In this document: positions 1-7,783 of the stretch, one piece after another | How positions within the stretch are numbered: the stretch's first letter is position 1 | Layout of the letters: each line of letters begins with the position of its first letter | Source of the DNA: Actinomycetota bacterium | Lineage (GTDB): Bacteria; Actinomycetota; UBA4738 | Length of the DNA stretch: 64,000 nt | Reading direction: 5' to 3' | Assembly: GCA_035573915.1 (NCBI GenBank) | Contig: DATLZQ010000019.1 | Coordinates: forward strand, 1,573-65,572 | Notes under the pieces: model-generated | Databases searched by the model: none | What the model saw: the letters and a program-made list of their open reading frames with translations, nothing else | Told to the model about the DNA's origin: nothing | Translations under genes and position numbers: made by a program

Positions 1-299
1 CCGTCCCCCCGGGGCGCTACGGCCTGGTGGCCCAGACGGGCGACGGGGTGGACATCGTGGAGTCGAACGCCCTTCCGCTGCGGGTGGTCGGGCCGCGGGC
101 CCACCCCTCCCCCACCCCGCCTCCCCGGACCCCCGAGCCCACGACGGCCGCTCCGGCCCCGCCCTCCACCGCGCGGGCCGCCCCCGCGGCAGGGAGGAGT
201 GGGTGGCCCGTGGCCCTGGCGGGAGCCCTGGGGCTGCTGGGGGCGGCTCTCGCCCTCCTCCTCGGCGGGTGGGCGCGGCGGAGGCGCCGCCGGTCCTGA
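1..299 (+). CDS. 3'-end of a gene truncated by the window edge: Pro/Thr-rich linker followed by a C-terminal hydrophobic helix and Arg-rich tail (membrane/cell-surface anchored protein)
   Basis: Frame-3 reading is open from the window edge to the stop at 297-299 with high third-position GC. The translation ends ...GWPVALAGALGLLGAALALLLGGWARRRRRRS. No LPXTG motif was seen. Confidence 0.4.
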   Translation, partial: VPPGRYGLVAQTGDGVDIVESNALPLRVVGPRAHPSPTPPPRTPEPTTAAPAPPSTARAAPAAGRSGWPVALAGALGLLGAALALLLGGWARRRRRRS

Positions 300-358
300 G
301 GGCCGGCCGATCAGGCCCGGCCGGGATCCCGGCCCCGGCCTGCTACCATCGGACCGCC

Positions 359-547
359 ATGGCAGCGGTGTGCGAGATCTGCGGCAAGCGGCCGTTCTTC
401 GGCATGCAGGTGTCCCACTCCCACCGGCGTTCGCCGAGGCGGTGGAACCCCAACGTGCAGCGGGTGCGGGTGCTCGTGGACGGCACCCTCCGGCGCCTCC
501 ACGTGTGCACCGCCTGCCTCAAGGCCGGAAAGGTCGTCCGGGCCTGA
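359..547 (+). CDS. rpmB: 50S ribosomal protein L28
   Basis: The translation MAAVCEICGKRPFFGMQVSHSHRRSPRRWNPNVQRVRVLVDGTLRRLHVCTACLKAGKVVRA is canonical L28. The ATG lies at 359 inside a longer spurious ORF. Confidence 0.9.
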   Translation: MAAVCEICGKRPFFGMQVSHSHRRSPRRWNPNVQRVRVLVDGTLRRLHVCTACLKAGKVVRA

Positions 548-607
548 CCGCGACCGGGGCCTCGGCCAGGTGACCCGGTCCCCTTCGGGCCCCAGTTCGG
601 CGTGTCT

Positions 608-668
608 CGTAGCTTTCGGTCAGACGTGGTAGGGCCCGCTACGGCAGGGCCCGCTACGGTAGGGCCCG
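608..668. repeat. Three tandem copies of a ~15-bp unit (T/C)AGGGCCCGCTACGG in the convergent intergenic region between rpmB and the minus-strand locus
   Basis: Read directly: gtagggcccgctacgg cagggcccgctacgg tagggcccgct. Confidence 0.5.
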
Positions 669-689
669 CTTTTTCCGACGCCCCCGGTG

Positions 690-1209
690 TCAATCGACCG
701 GCTCCAGCCCCTCGGCTACCCGCACGAGCTCCTGGCGCGAGAGCCCGTATTCGTTGAGGGAGTAGATGAGGCGGTCGTCGTCCGGCGCCCAGCGGGGATA
801 CACGAACTGGACGATGTAGCGATCCGAACCCCGGCCCCAACGGCCCCACGTCGGCTTCCTTCCCCAGCACGCGGACCGTGGGAGCCTCGTTGCTCGGGCC
901 AGCTCGACGAACCAGGTCCCCGGCCTCCGGATCTCGACGGCCCGACCCCGCCCGTCCGTGTAGTGGACGACGACCCGACCTGGCTCAGCAGGCGGCGCCC
1001 CGGGGGCCGGCCCGGGCACCGGTTCCGGACTGAACCCCTCCGGAAGGTAGGTCGGGCGGAAGGGGATATCCGGGGAACACCGGGAACGTTCCGGCGACGG
1101 GGTGGGCGGCGGCCCTGGGCTGTGCTCCGTCGGCGGGAGGGGCGTCGCGGTTATGCTCGGAGGGACGGCCGGGATGGGCTCGTGGCCGGCGATTCTCCTT
1201 CTCCTCCAC
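690..1209 (-). pseudogene. Putative anti-sigma factor / secreted Pro-rich protein downstream of the ECF sigma gene, apparently disrupted by frameshifts
   Basis: The coding signal (high GC3) hops between three frames (ORFs 985-1209, 343-870, 690-1775). The conserved-looking C-terminus ...SDRYIVQFVYPRWAPDDDRLIYSLNEYGLSRQELVRVAEGLEPVD sits in one frame, while the upstream Pro-rich linker and N-terminus sit in others. Confidence 0.35.
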
Positions 1210-1210
1210 G

Positions 1211-1737
1211 TCAGGGACCTCTCTGCGCGTCGCCCAGGCTCGCGCGGAGGGCCTCCAGGCCCCGAGCCACCAGGGCCTTCACCGTCCCCGGTCGGCAACG
1301 CATGACGTCCGCCGTGTCCCGCTCGGAAAGGTCCTCGTAGAACCGGAGGACCAGCGCGGCCCGCTGCCTCGGCGGCAACCCCCAGAGGGCCCCGGCCATT
1401 CGGTCCTGCTCCGCCAGCCGGTCCGCGTGGTCGGGCGCGACCCGCGGGGCCTGGCCCTGCAGCCTGGCGAGTCGGGCCGCCTCGCTTCCCTCCTCCGGAA
1501 GCCCGAGATGGCAAGGTTGACGACCCTCCGGCGCAGGTAGGCAGGGAAGGCAGCAGGTAGGCAGGGAAGGCAGCAGGGTTCCTGAGGTCGACCAGACGGC
1601 GGCCGAGCCGGACGAAGGCGTCCTGGACGAGGTCCTGGGCCGTAGGAGTCGCCCGTAAGCAGGCAGGCACGGCGCACCGCGTCGTCCACGTGCCGCGCGT
1701 ACAGCTCGGCGAACCCCCACCGGCTCCCTTCTCCCAA
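1211..1737 (-). pseudogene. ECF (sigma-70 family, group 4) RNA polymerase sigma factor, frameshifted in at least three places
   Basis: Sigma region 2 (AELYARHVDDAVRRACLLTGD, then AQDLVQDAFVRLGRRLVDLRNPAAFPAYL[RRRVVNLAISGFRRREARRP]) and region 4 (LPPRQRAALVLRFYEDLSERDTADVMRCRPGTVKALVARGLEALRASL) are each recognisable. They lie in three different frames on the minus strand. One shift coincides with a perfect 20-bp tandem duplication. Confidence 0.6.
1532..1571. repeat. Perfect 20-bp tandem duplication (caggtaggcagggaaggcag x2) inside the ECF sigma coding sequence
   Basis: Read directly. 20 is not a multiple of 3. Deleting one copy reconnects ...NPAAFPAYL to RRRVVNLAISGFRRRE, the conserved region 2.4 / linker of ECF sigmas. 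Confidence 0.9.
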
Positions 1738-1860
1738 GGGCCCAAGCCCGCCACCCGAGCCCCTGTTCCCATCACCCCATAGACGCCCCCGACCAGGGCG
1801 GCGGTTTACCCGAGGCCGGCACGAACCCCGTCAGGCCCGCCTCCCGGGCCAGGCGCCTGC

Positions 1861-2745
1861 TCAGCCCCCACCGCCCCGGGGGTCGGGCGGCCCGAACAGC
1901 CACCATCCGGGGCTGACCGGGCCGATCCCCTCCCCCAGGGGCAGGGCGTGGCGGATGGCCTCGGTGACGAAGGCCTTCCCCTTGCGGACGGCCTCCAGGA
2001 GCTCCTCGCCCCTGGCCAGGTGGGCGGCGATGGCCGCCGAGAGCACGCAGCCCGTCCCGTGGGTGTGGGGCGTGTCCACCCGTTCGCCCTCCACCCACTC
2101 CTCCCGTTCCGCGTCCACGAACAGGTCGTCGGCCCGCTCCCCCTGGAGGTGCCCCCCTTTGACCAGGACGGCCCGGGGCCCCAGGGCCAGGATGGCCCGG
2201 CCCGCCCGCCGCATGTCCTCCCGGGAGCTGACCGGGAACCCGGCCAGGCCCGCCGCCTCGTGGAGGTTGGGGGTGACCAGCGTGGCCAGGGGCAGGATCC
2301 GGGTGCGGAGGGCCTCCACGGCGTCCGGCCGGAGGAGGGGGTGCCCGTGCTTGGAGACGAACACCGGGTCCACCACGAGGTTGGGGACCCCCACCTCCTC
2401 CGCGGCGTCGGCCACGGCCTCGATGATGGCCTGGGAGGAGAGCATCCCGGTCTTGGCGGCGTCCACCCCGACGTCGGTCACCACTGCCCGGATCTGGGCC
2501 CCCACCGTCTCCGCGGGGACGTCCGCCACCCCGCTCACGCCCTTCGTGTTCTGGACCGTGATGGAGGTGATGGCGCTCATCCCCCACACCCCGAGGACGG
2601 CGAAGGTCTTGAGGTCGGCCTGGATCCCGGCCCCGCCGCCGGAGTCCGAGCCGGCGATGGTGAGGGCCCGGGGCACGGGCGGGCGCCCCCGCCCGGCAGA
2701 GGGCCCTCCGGGGGCCCCGGTTCCGGGAGCCCCCTCAGCGCTCAA
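1861..2745 (-). CDS. thiD: Hydroxymethylpyrimidine/phosphomethylpyrimidine kinase
   Basis: The translation LTIAGSDSGGGAGIQADLKTFAVLGVWGMSAITSITVQNTKGV...HTHGTGCVLSAAIAAHLARG is typical ThiD (ribokinase-like fold). Confidence 0.85.
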   Translation of the reverse strand: MSAEGAPGTGAPGGPSAGRGRPPVPRALTIAGSDSGGGAGIQADLKTFAVLGVWGMSAITSITVQNTKGVSGVADVPAETVGAQIRAVVTDVGVDAAKTGMLSSQAIIEAVADAAEEVGVPNLVVDPVFVSKHGHPLLRPDAVEALRTRILPLATLVTPNLHEAAGLAGFPVSSREDMRRAGRAILALGPRAVLVKGGHLQGERADDLFVDAEREEWVEGERVDTPHTHGTGCVLSAAIAAHLARGEELLEAVRKGKAFVTEAIRHALPLGEGIGPVSPGWWLFGPPDPRGGGG

Positions 2746-3748
2746 AGTGGTCCCACCCTTCCGGATGGAGGGGGCGCTCCCGGCCGTCGGCCTCCACGGC
2801 CACCAGGCCCGAGCCGCTCCGGACCTCCCCCACCTCGGTGAGGGCCGTGCCGAACCGCTCCTCGAGGAGCTTGGCCGCCCGCTCCACGTCCTTCGGGGCC
2901 AGGGTGGCCAGGAGCTCGTAGTCCTCGCCCCCGGAGAGCGCGAGCTCCAGGGGGTCCACCTCGGGGAGAGCCTCCCGCAGCCTCCCCAGGGCCGGGGCCA
3001 CCGGGACCTGCGAGAGGAACACCGCCGCCCCCACCCCGCTCTCGCGACACAGCCGGCCCAGGTCCTTGGCCAGCCCGTCGGAGAGGTCCATCATGGCCGT
3101 GGCCCCCGCCCCGGCCAGCGTCTGGCCCTCCCCCACCCGGGCCACGGGCCGGGCGTGGGCCGCCAGGAGCTGCCGGGCCCAGGGGGCCCCGAACACCCGG
3201 GCCACCGCCTCCTCCTGCCTCCGTTCGGAGAGGAGGAGCCCCCCGGCCGCCGCCCCCAGCGTGCCGGTGACGGCCACCCGGTCCCCGGGACGGGCCCCCG
3301 AGCGGCGGACCGCGAAGTCCTGGGCCACCTCCCCGGCCAGGGCCACGGAGACCACCACCCGCTCCGAGCGGGAGGTGTCGCCCCCTACCACCGAGACGGC
3401 GTACTCGCTGGCGGCCTCCCGAAGCCCGCCGAACAGCTCCACCACCCAGGACATGGGAGTCCCTGGAGGCAGGCCCAGCCCCACCATGGCGTACCTGGGA
3501 CTGCCGCCCATGGCCGCCACGTCGCTCACGTTCACCACCAGAGCCTTGTAGCCCAGGTCCCGGGGCGAGATCGTGTCCCGCCGGAAGTGGACGTCCTCCA
3601 CCAGCAGGTCGGTGGTGAGCACGGTGAGGTGGGAGCCCAGCTGGACCAGGGCCGCGTCGTCGCCCGGCCCCAGGACCACCCCGGGCGCCTCCTCGTGGAG
3701 GAGGCGGCGCAGGGCCTCGATCAGGTCGTCCTCGGAATAGGTGCTCAT
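2735..3748 (-). CDS. thiL: Thiamine-monophosphate kinase
   Basis: The C-terminal 337 aa of the 884-aa ORF (MSTYSEDDLIEALRRLL...GDDAALV...VVNVSDVAAMGG...) are ThiL/AIR-synthase-like. The start is at 3748 (MSTY) or 3790 (MTGTG). The stop overlaps the thiD start by 11 nt. Confidence 0.85.
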   Translation of the reverse strand: MSTYSEDDLIEALRRLLHEEAPGVVLGPGDDAALVQLGSHLTVLTTDLLVEDVHFRRDTISPRDLGYKALVVNVSDVAAMGGSPRYAMVGLGLPPGTPMSWVVELFGGLREAASEYAVSVVGGDTSRSERVVVSVALAGEVAQDFAVRRSGARPGDRVAVTGTLGAAAGGLLLSERRQEEAVARVFGAPWARQLLAAHARPVARVGEGQTLAGAGATAMMDLSDGLAKDLGRLCRESGVGAAVFLSQVPVAPALGRLREALPEVDPLELALSGGEDYELLATLAPKDVERAAKLLEERFGTALTEVGEVRSGSGLVAVEADGRERPLHPEGWDHFER

Positions 3749-3821
3749 GTCGCCCGGGCCGGCTTGCGGGGCCGGTCCCGTCCCGGTCATGATCCGAGGG
3801 TAGCGGAGGAGGTGGGTTCCG

Positions 3822-4031
3822 GTGGCCGTCATCAACACCGTCGAGCTGGAGGGGGTGTCCCAGACCTCCTGGGGCGACGCGGCGCGGGAGGCCCTCCGGG
3901 AGGCCGCCCGGACCATTCGCGGGATCACCAAGCTCGAGGTGCTGGGGGTCCGGGCCAAGGTCCAGGGAGACCGCATCACCGAGTACCGGACGGCCGTCCG
4001 GCTCCACTTCACCGTGGAGCCCCGGCGCTGA
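3822..4031 (+). CDS. Dodecin-family flavin-binding protein
   Basis: A 69-aa protein, VAVINTVELEGVSQTSWGDAAREALREAARTIRGITKLEVLGVRAKVQGDRITEYRTAVRLHFTVEP, with the dodecin pattern. GTG start, with a GGAGGA 14 nt upstream. Confidence 0.75.
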   Translation: MAVINTVELEGVSQTSWGDAAREALREAARTIRGITKLEVLGVRAKVQGDRITEYRTAVRLHFTVEPRR

Positions 4032-4129
4032 GCCCACGGCCCCGGAGGCCCCGGCCGAGCCGCAGCGACCCGTCCGCTAGAATCGGGAGCCTCCGTGGAG
4101 GTCGCGACGTCCTGGGAGGAGATCGACCG

Positions 4130-5641
4130 GTGCGTGCCAGGCGGATCTACGAGAACCCACCGCCCGAGGAGCTCCGGCGGTTCACCGAGGAGATGCCGAA
4201 CTGCAGGATCACCGAGTTCGGGAACGTGAACGTCCAGACCCGGGTCACGGCCCGAAGTTCCCAGTCCACGTTCATCGTCACCGACGACCCGAGCGTCACC
4301 GACGGCAAGACCATGTCCCGGGAGGAGTACGAGCGCCTGGCCCGGTACCAGGACGACTACATCGCCGACCAGGAGATGCTCGTGGTGGACGGCTACATCG
4401 GCAACGTGCCGGAGGTCCAGACCGCGGCCCGTCTGGTCATCGAGAAGCGCAACGCGAACATCGCCGGCATGCAGCAGAAGCTCTACTACCCGAGGGAGGG
4501 GGGCGAGCCCGAGCTCCAGCTCATCTACACCCCCAACCTCCCCGCCCGCGGGTACCCGGACGACCGCTGTATCGCCGTCGACCTCGAGCACGGGGTGACC
4601 CGCGTGCTGGGCTCGGACTACTTCGGCGAGTCCAAGAAGGGCGGCCTCCGGATGTGGAACCGGATCGTCTACGAGCTGGGCGGGCTCGCCCTCCACGCCG
4701 GGTGCAAGGTGGTCCCGGCCAACGGGGAGGAGCGGACCTTCCTCATCATCGGCCTCTCCGGGACCGGCAAGACCACCACCACGTTCACCACCCAGAACGA
4801 CTCCCTGCCCGTCCAGGACGACTTCGTAGCCCTCATGCCGGGGGGCACGGTCCACGGAAGCGAGAACGGCTGCTTCGCCAAGACGTTTTCCCTCGACCCC
4901 GAGTTCGAGCCGAACATCTACCGGGCAGTGACCAGCCCCGGCTCGTACCTGGAGAACGTCTACCAGGACGAGTCGGGCAAGGTGAACTTCTTCGAGACCT
5001 CCTACACGAAGAACGGCCGGGCCGTCTTCTGCCTGGCCGACCTGGGGGCCTACCGGGACGCCCGGACCATCGGGAAGGTGGACTACCTCCTGATCCTGAA
5101 CTGGAACGAAAACATCATCCCGGCCGTGGCCCGCCTGTCCGGGGTCCAGGCGGCCGCCTACTTCATGCTGGGCGAGACCACGGGGACCAGCGCCGGGGGA
5201 AAGGCCGAGGAGGGCAAGTTCCTCCGGGTCCCCGGGACCAACCCCTTCTTCCCCCTCCGCCACGGCCTGCAGGGGATGCGCTTCCTCGACCTCCTGCAGA
5301 CCCACCCCATGGAGGTGTACCTCATGAACACGGGCCGGGTCGGGGGGAAGGAGGACGACCCCCGCTCCAAGAAGGTCACCATCCCTCACTCCTCGGCCAT
5401 CGTGAAAGCCATCGCCGAGCGGACCATCAAGTGGGACGAGGACCCCGACTTCGGCTACGAGGTGGCGGCCGAAGTCCCGGGGGTGGACGACCCCGAGCTC
5501 CTCCAGCCCCGCCGCCTCTACGAGCGGCAGGGCCGCCTCGACGAGTACCAGGCGTTCGTGGAGCGCTTCAAGCGGGAGCGGGTGGAGACCCTCCGCCGTT
5601 ACCCCGACCTGGCCGAGGAGATCGTCCGGGCGGTGGGCTGA
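4130..5641 (+). CDS. pckA: Phosphoenolpyruvate carboxykinase (ATP)
   Basis: Contains GLSGTGKTT (kinase-1a), the ...FNxE... region and TGTSAGGKAEEG. GTG start at 4130 with a GGAGGAG RBS. About 503 aa. Confidence 0.9.
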   Translation: MRARRIYENPPPEELRRFTEEMPNCRITEFGNVNVQTRVTARSSQSTFIVTDDPSVTDGKTMSREEYERLARYQDDYIADQEMLVVDGYIGNVPEVQTAARLVIEKRNANIAGMQQKLYYPREGGEPELQLIYTPNLPARGYPDDRCIAVDLEHGVTRVLGSDYFGESKKGGLRMWNRIVYELGGLALHAGCKVVPANGEERTFLIIGLSGTGKTTTTFTTQNDSLPVQDDFVALMPGGTVHGSENGCFAKTFSLDPEFEPNIYRAVTSPGSYLENVYQDESGKVNFFETSYTKNGRAVFCLADLGAYRDARTIGKVDYLLILNWNENIIPAVARLSGVQAAAYFMLGETTGTSAGGKAEEGKFLRVPGTNPFFPLRHGLQGMRFLDLLQTHPMEVYLMNTGRVGGKEDDPRSKKVTIPHSSAIVKAIAERTIKWDEDPDFGYEVAAEVPGVDDPELLQPRRLYERQGRLDEYQAFVERFKRERVETLRRYPDLAEEIVRAVG

Positions 5642-5861
5642 GCCTCCTCGACTTCCAGAGCGCCCGCCGGCTCGCGTAGAACCCGCTCGAGGACACGCAG
5701 AACGGAATCAGGTAGTTCGTCCCCACCCGGACCCAGGTGGCGGAGCTGACCTCTCCGCCCAGAAGCACCCCACCCTGGTTCACCGCCGACAGGACGGTCC
5801 CCACGAACAGCGCGATGGGGATGCACCGGGAGAGGGAGGGCCTTGAGAACACGGTGGCCAC
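5568..5861 (-). CDS. NrtS-like small membrane protein (putative nitrate/nitrite transporter accessory, DUF-type)
   Basis: PIALFVGTVLSAVNQGGVLLGGEVSSATWVRVGTNYLIPFCVSSSGFYASRRA resembles the NrtS family. The start is uncertain (GTG 5861 chosen). The 3' end overlaps pckA convergently. Confidence 0.4.
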   Translation of the reverse strand: MATVFSRPSLSRCIPIALFVGTVLSAVNQGGVLLGGEVSSATWVRVGTNYLIPFCVSSSGFYASRRALWKSRRLSPPPGRSPRPGRGNGGGSPPAPA

Positions 5862-6209
5862 GAGCCTCGGCTCGGGGACGTCGTCCTCGGGCGGCGGTCG
5901 GGATGGGTCGACGCGCACGACACTGGAGGTATGCACCGGCCCGCGTGCCCCGTTGCCCGCTAGCCGTTTCGCGGTAGCCCTTGAGCCGGCCGTCGGACTC
6001 GGTCCGGAGCCTGCCCGAAGGTACACGGACACGGGGTGCTGCGACTGCACAGCTCCGTGGCCCATCCGGTCAGACGGGACGTCATGGGACCCTCCCTTCT
6101 CGACGACCTCCCCCGCCCGAGGAGCCCACTCCCAGCGGAGCGGGAGACCGCTGCACGCGAGGGCGGCTGACCGCCCTCATTCCCGCCCCCTCTCCCCCTC
6201 GCCTCGGGC

Positions 6210-6797
6210 CTACCCGCCCGAGACCTCGAACCGTCCCGCCTCCCCGTACACGGGCTCGTAGTCGAGGCCGAACAGGCCGCCGCTGCCGGAGCCCCTGCCG
6301 ATGGCGAACTCGGGCCCCCAGGCCAGGAGAGCGTTCCGGACGGTGGTCACCGCGCCGTCCTCCCCACGGAAGGCCTCGAAGCCGATCTCGACCCGGTCGC
6401 CGACCCGGGCCCTCGGGCTCTCCCCGTCCTCGAACGAGATCGCCGCCCGCTGGACGCCCAGGAACTCGCCCACGAGTGGGGCGAAGTCGGCGAAGGGCCC
6501 TCCCGCCTCCCCGGTGAGGATGTGCTCGAGGGCCCGGGCCTGCTCCTCCGTGGCCGCCTCGTCGACCACGATCCCGCCCTTCCACTCGCCGGACAGCGGG
6601 TTGGAGCGGAAGGCGAAGACCAGGGCGAACCGCACTCCGCTCAGGTCGAGGCCGTCGAAGCTCCCCCGCTCCACGCGGCAGACCATCGTGACGCGGCACT
6701 CGCCTCCGGGGGCGGTGGGCTGCGCGTCGAAGGTGCATGGGCAGACCAGGTTGCACGGGCAGTGCAGGACGTAGTCCGCGGCGAGGCTCCAGGCCAT
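6210..6797 (-). CDS. DUF1326-family protein (Cys-rich N-terminus MAWSLAADYVLHCPCNLVCPCTF)
   Basis: N-terminal CPC...CPC motif and overall ~195 aa length typical of DUF1326. It lies immediately downstream of a DUF2182 membrane protein, the usual partner. Confidence 0.6.
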   Translation of the reverse strand: MAWSLAADYVLHCPCNLVCPCTFDAQPTAPGGECRVTMVCRVERGSFDGLDLSGVRFALVFAFRSNPLSGEWKGGIVVDEAATEEQARALEHILTGEAGGPFADFAPLVGEFLGVQRAAISFEDGESPRARVGDRVEIGFEAFRGEDGAVTTVRNALLAWGPEFAIGRGSGSGGLFGLDYEPVYGEAGRFEVSGG

Positions 6798-6819
6798 CTC
6801 CCCCTCCCTTCCGGCGGCC

Positions 6820-7680
6820 TCAGCCGCCCAGCAGGCCCGTCCCCAGCACCGCCGGGAACAGCGCCACCCCCAGCCCTGCGGCGATCAGAGCCACCCCCAC
6901 GCCCTTCGCCATCCTCCACCCGAACGGCGCCACCTTCTCCACGAAGATCACGGCCGCCAGGACCCCCATCCACACGAGGTTCATGACCCCCACCACGAAC
7001 AGGACCAGCATGAGCCCCCAACAACAGCCCACGCAGTAGAAGCCGTGCCCCACCCCCATCCGGAGTGCCCCTGCCAGGCCGGGCCGCCAGTGCAGGAAGA
7101 ACTGCACGGGGCTGCGGCAGTGGGAGAGACAGACCGTCTTGAACCGGGAGAGCTGATACACGCCGGCCCCGGTCAGGGTGGCCCCGGCCACCATGCCAGC
7201 GGCCCGCCCGGACAGCGTGGGGGCGAGGGCCAGCAGGCCCCGGTACGCCCCGTAGGCAGCCACCCCGATCGCCGTCCAGGAGACCAGGTAGCCACCCACG
7301 AACAACGGGACGGCCAGCGGGCCCTGGCGCCGGCCGGCGGAGAGCCGCCAGTGGGCGAGGACCATGGGGGCCACAGACGGAAACATCATGGCGACCATCA
7401 TCGTCGCCCACATCCCCACGAAGAGCGGGGCTCCCATGGCCATGCCCATGCCCATCTCGGGGTGCATGCCTTCGGAGGCCCTGGACAGGGAGCTGGTGAG
7501 CCCCACGAGCATGTCGCCCCCCATGCCCTGGCGGAGGGTGAGCGCCCAGGCCAGGGCGGAGACGCCGAGGAGCGTCGCCAGGATGACGAAGACGGAGACG
7601 GTCAGCGGAACCGAGGCCCACGTCCGGGACTGGGGCTCGGGGCGGTGCTCAGCGGGGCCCTCCCGGCCCGCGGTGGCCAC
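6820..7680 (-). CDS. DUF2182-family predicted metal-binding integral membrane protein
   Basis: Multi-TM protein with the signature stretch WATMMVAMMFPS and conserved C-terminal CxxC/HC residues (VCLSHCRSP, FYCVGCCWG). Confidence 0.65.
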   Translation of the reverse strand: MATAGREGPAEHRPEPQSRTWASVPLTVSVFVILATLLGVSALAWALTLRQGMGGDMLVGLTSSLSRASEGMHPEMGMGMAMGAPLFVGMWATMMVAMMFPSVAPMVLAHWRLSAGRRQGPLAVPLFVGGYLVSWTAIGVAAYGAYRGLLALAPTLSGRAAGMVAGATLTGAGVYQLSRFKTVCLSHCRSPVQFFLHWRPGLAGALRMGVGHGFYCVGCCWGLMLVLFVVGVMNLVWMGVLAAVIFVEKVAPFGWRMAKGVGVALIAAGLGVALFPAVLGTGLLGG

Positions 7681-7783
7681 CGTCGCACTTTAGCCTGGGC
7701 CGGACCCCCCGTCCAGCCCGACCTTCCGCCTCCCACGGCGCGGGCCAGCCGCGAGGGCGGCCCATTGACCGCTCCGCCCGGGG

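Noticed and set aside
1772-5389. Very long ORFs (1772-2587, 1948-2841, 2742-4037, N-terminal 1640 nt of 2735-5389, 1955-5641 upstream of 4130) with Gly/Arg/Pro-rich translations
   Set aside because: They are antisense or out-of-frame shadows of thiD, thiL and pckA, as expected in 70% GC DNA where stop codons are rare. Their translations have no family resemblance, while the sense frames give canonical proteins.
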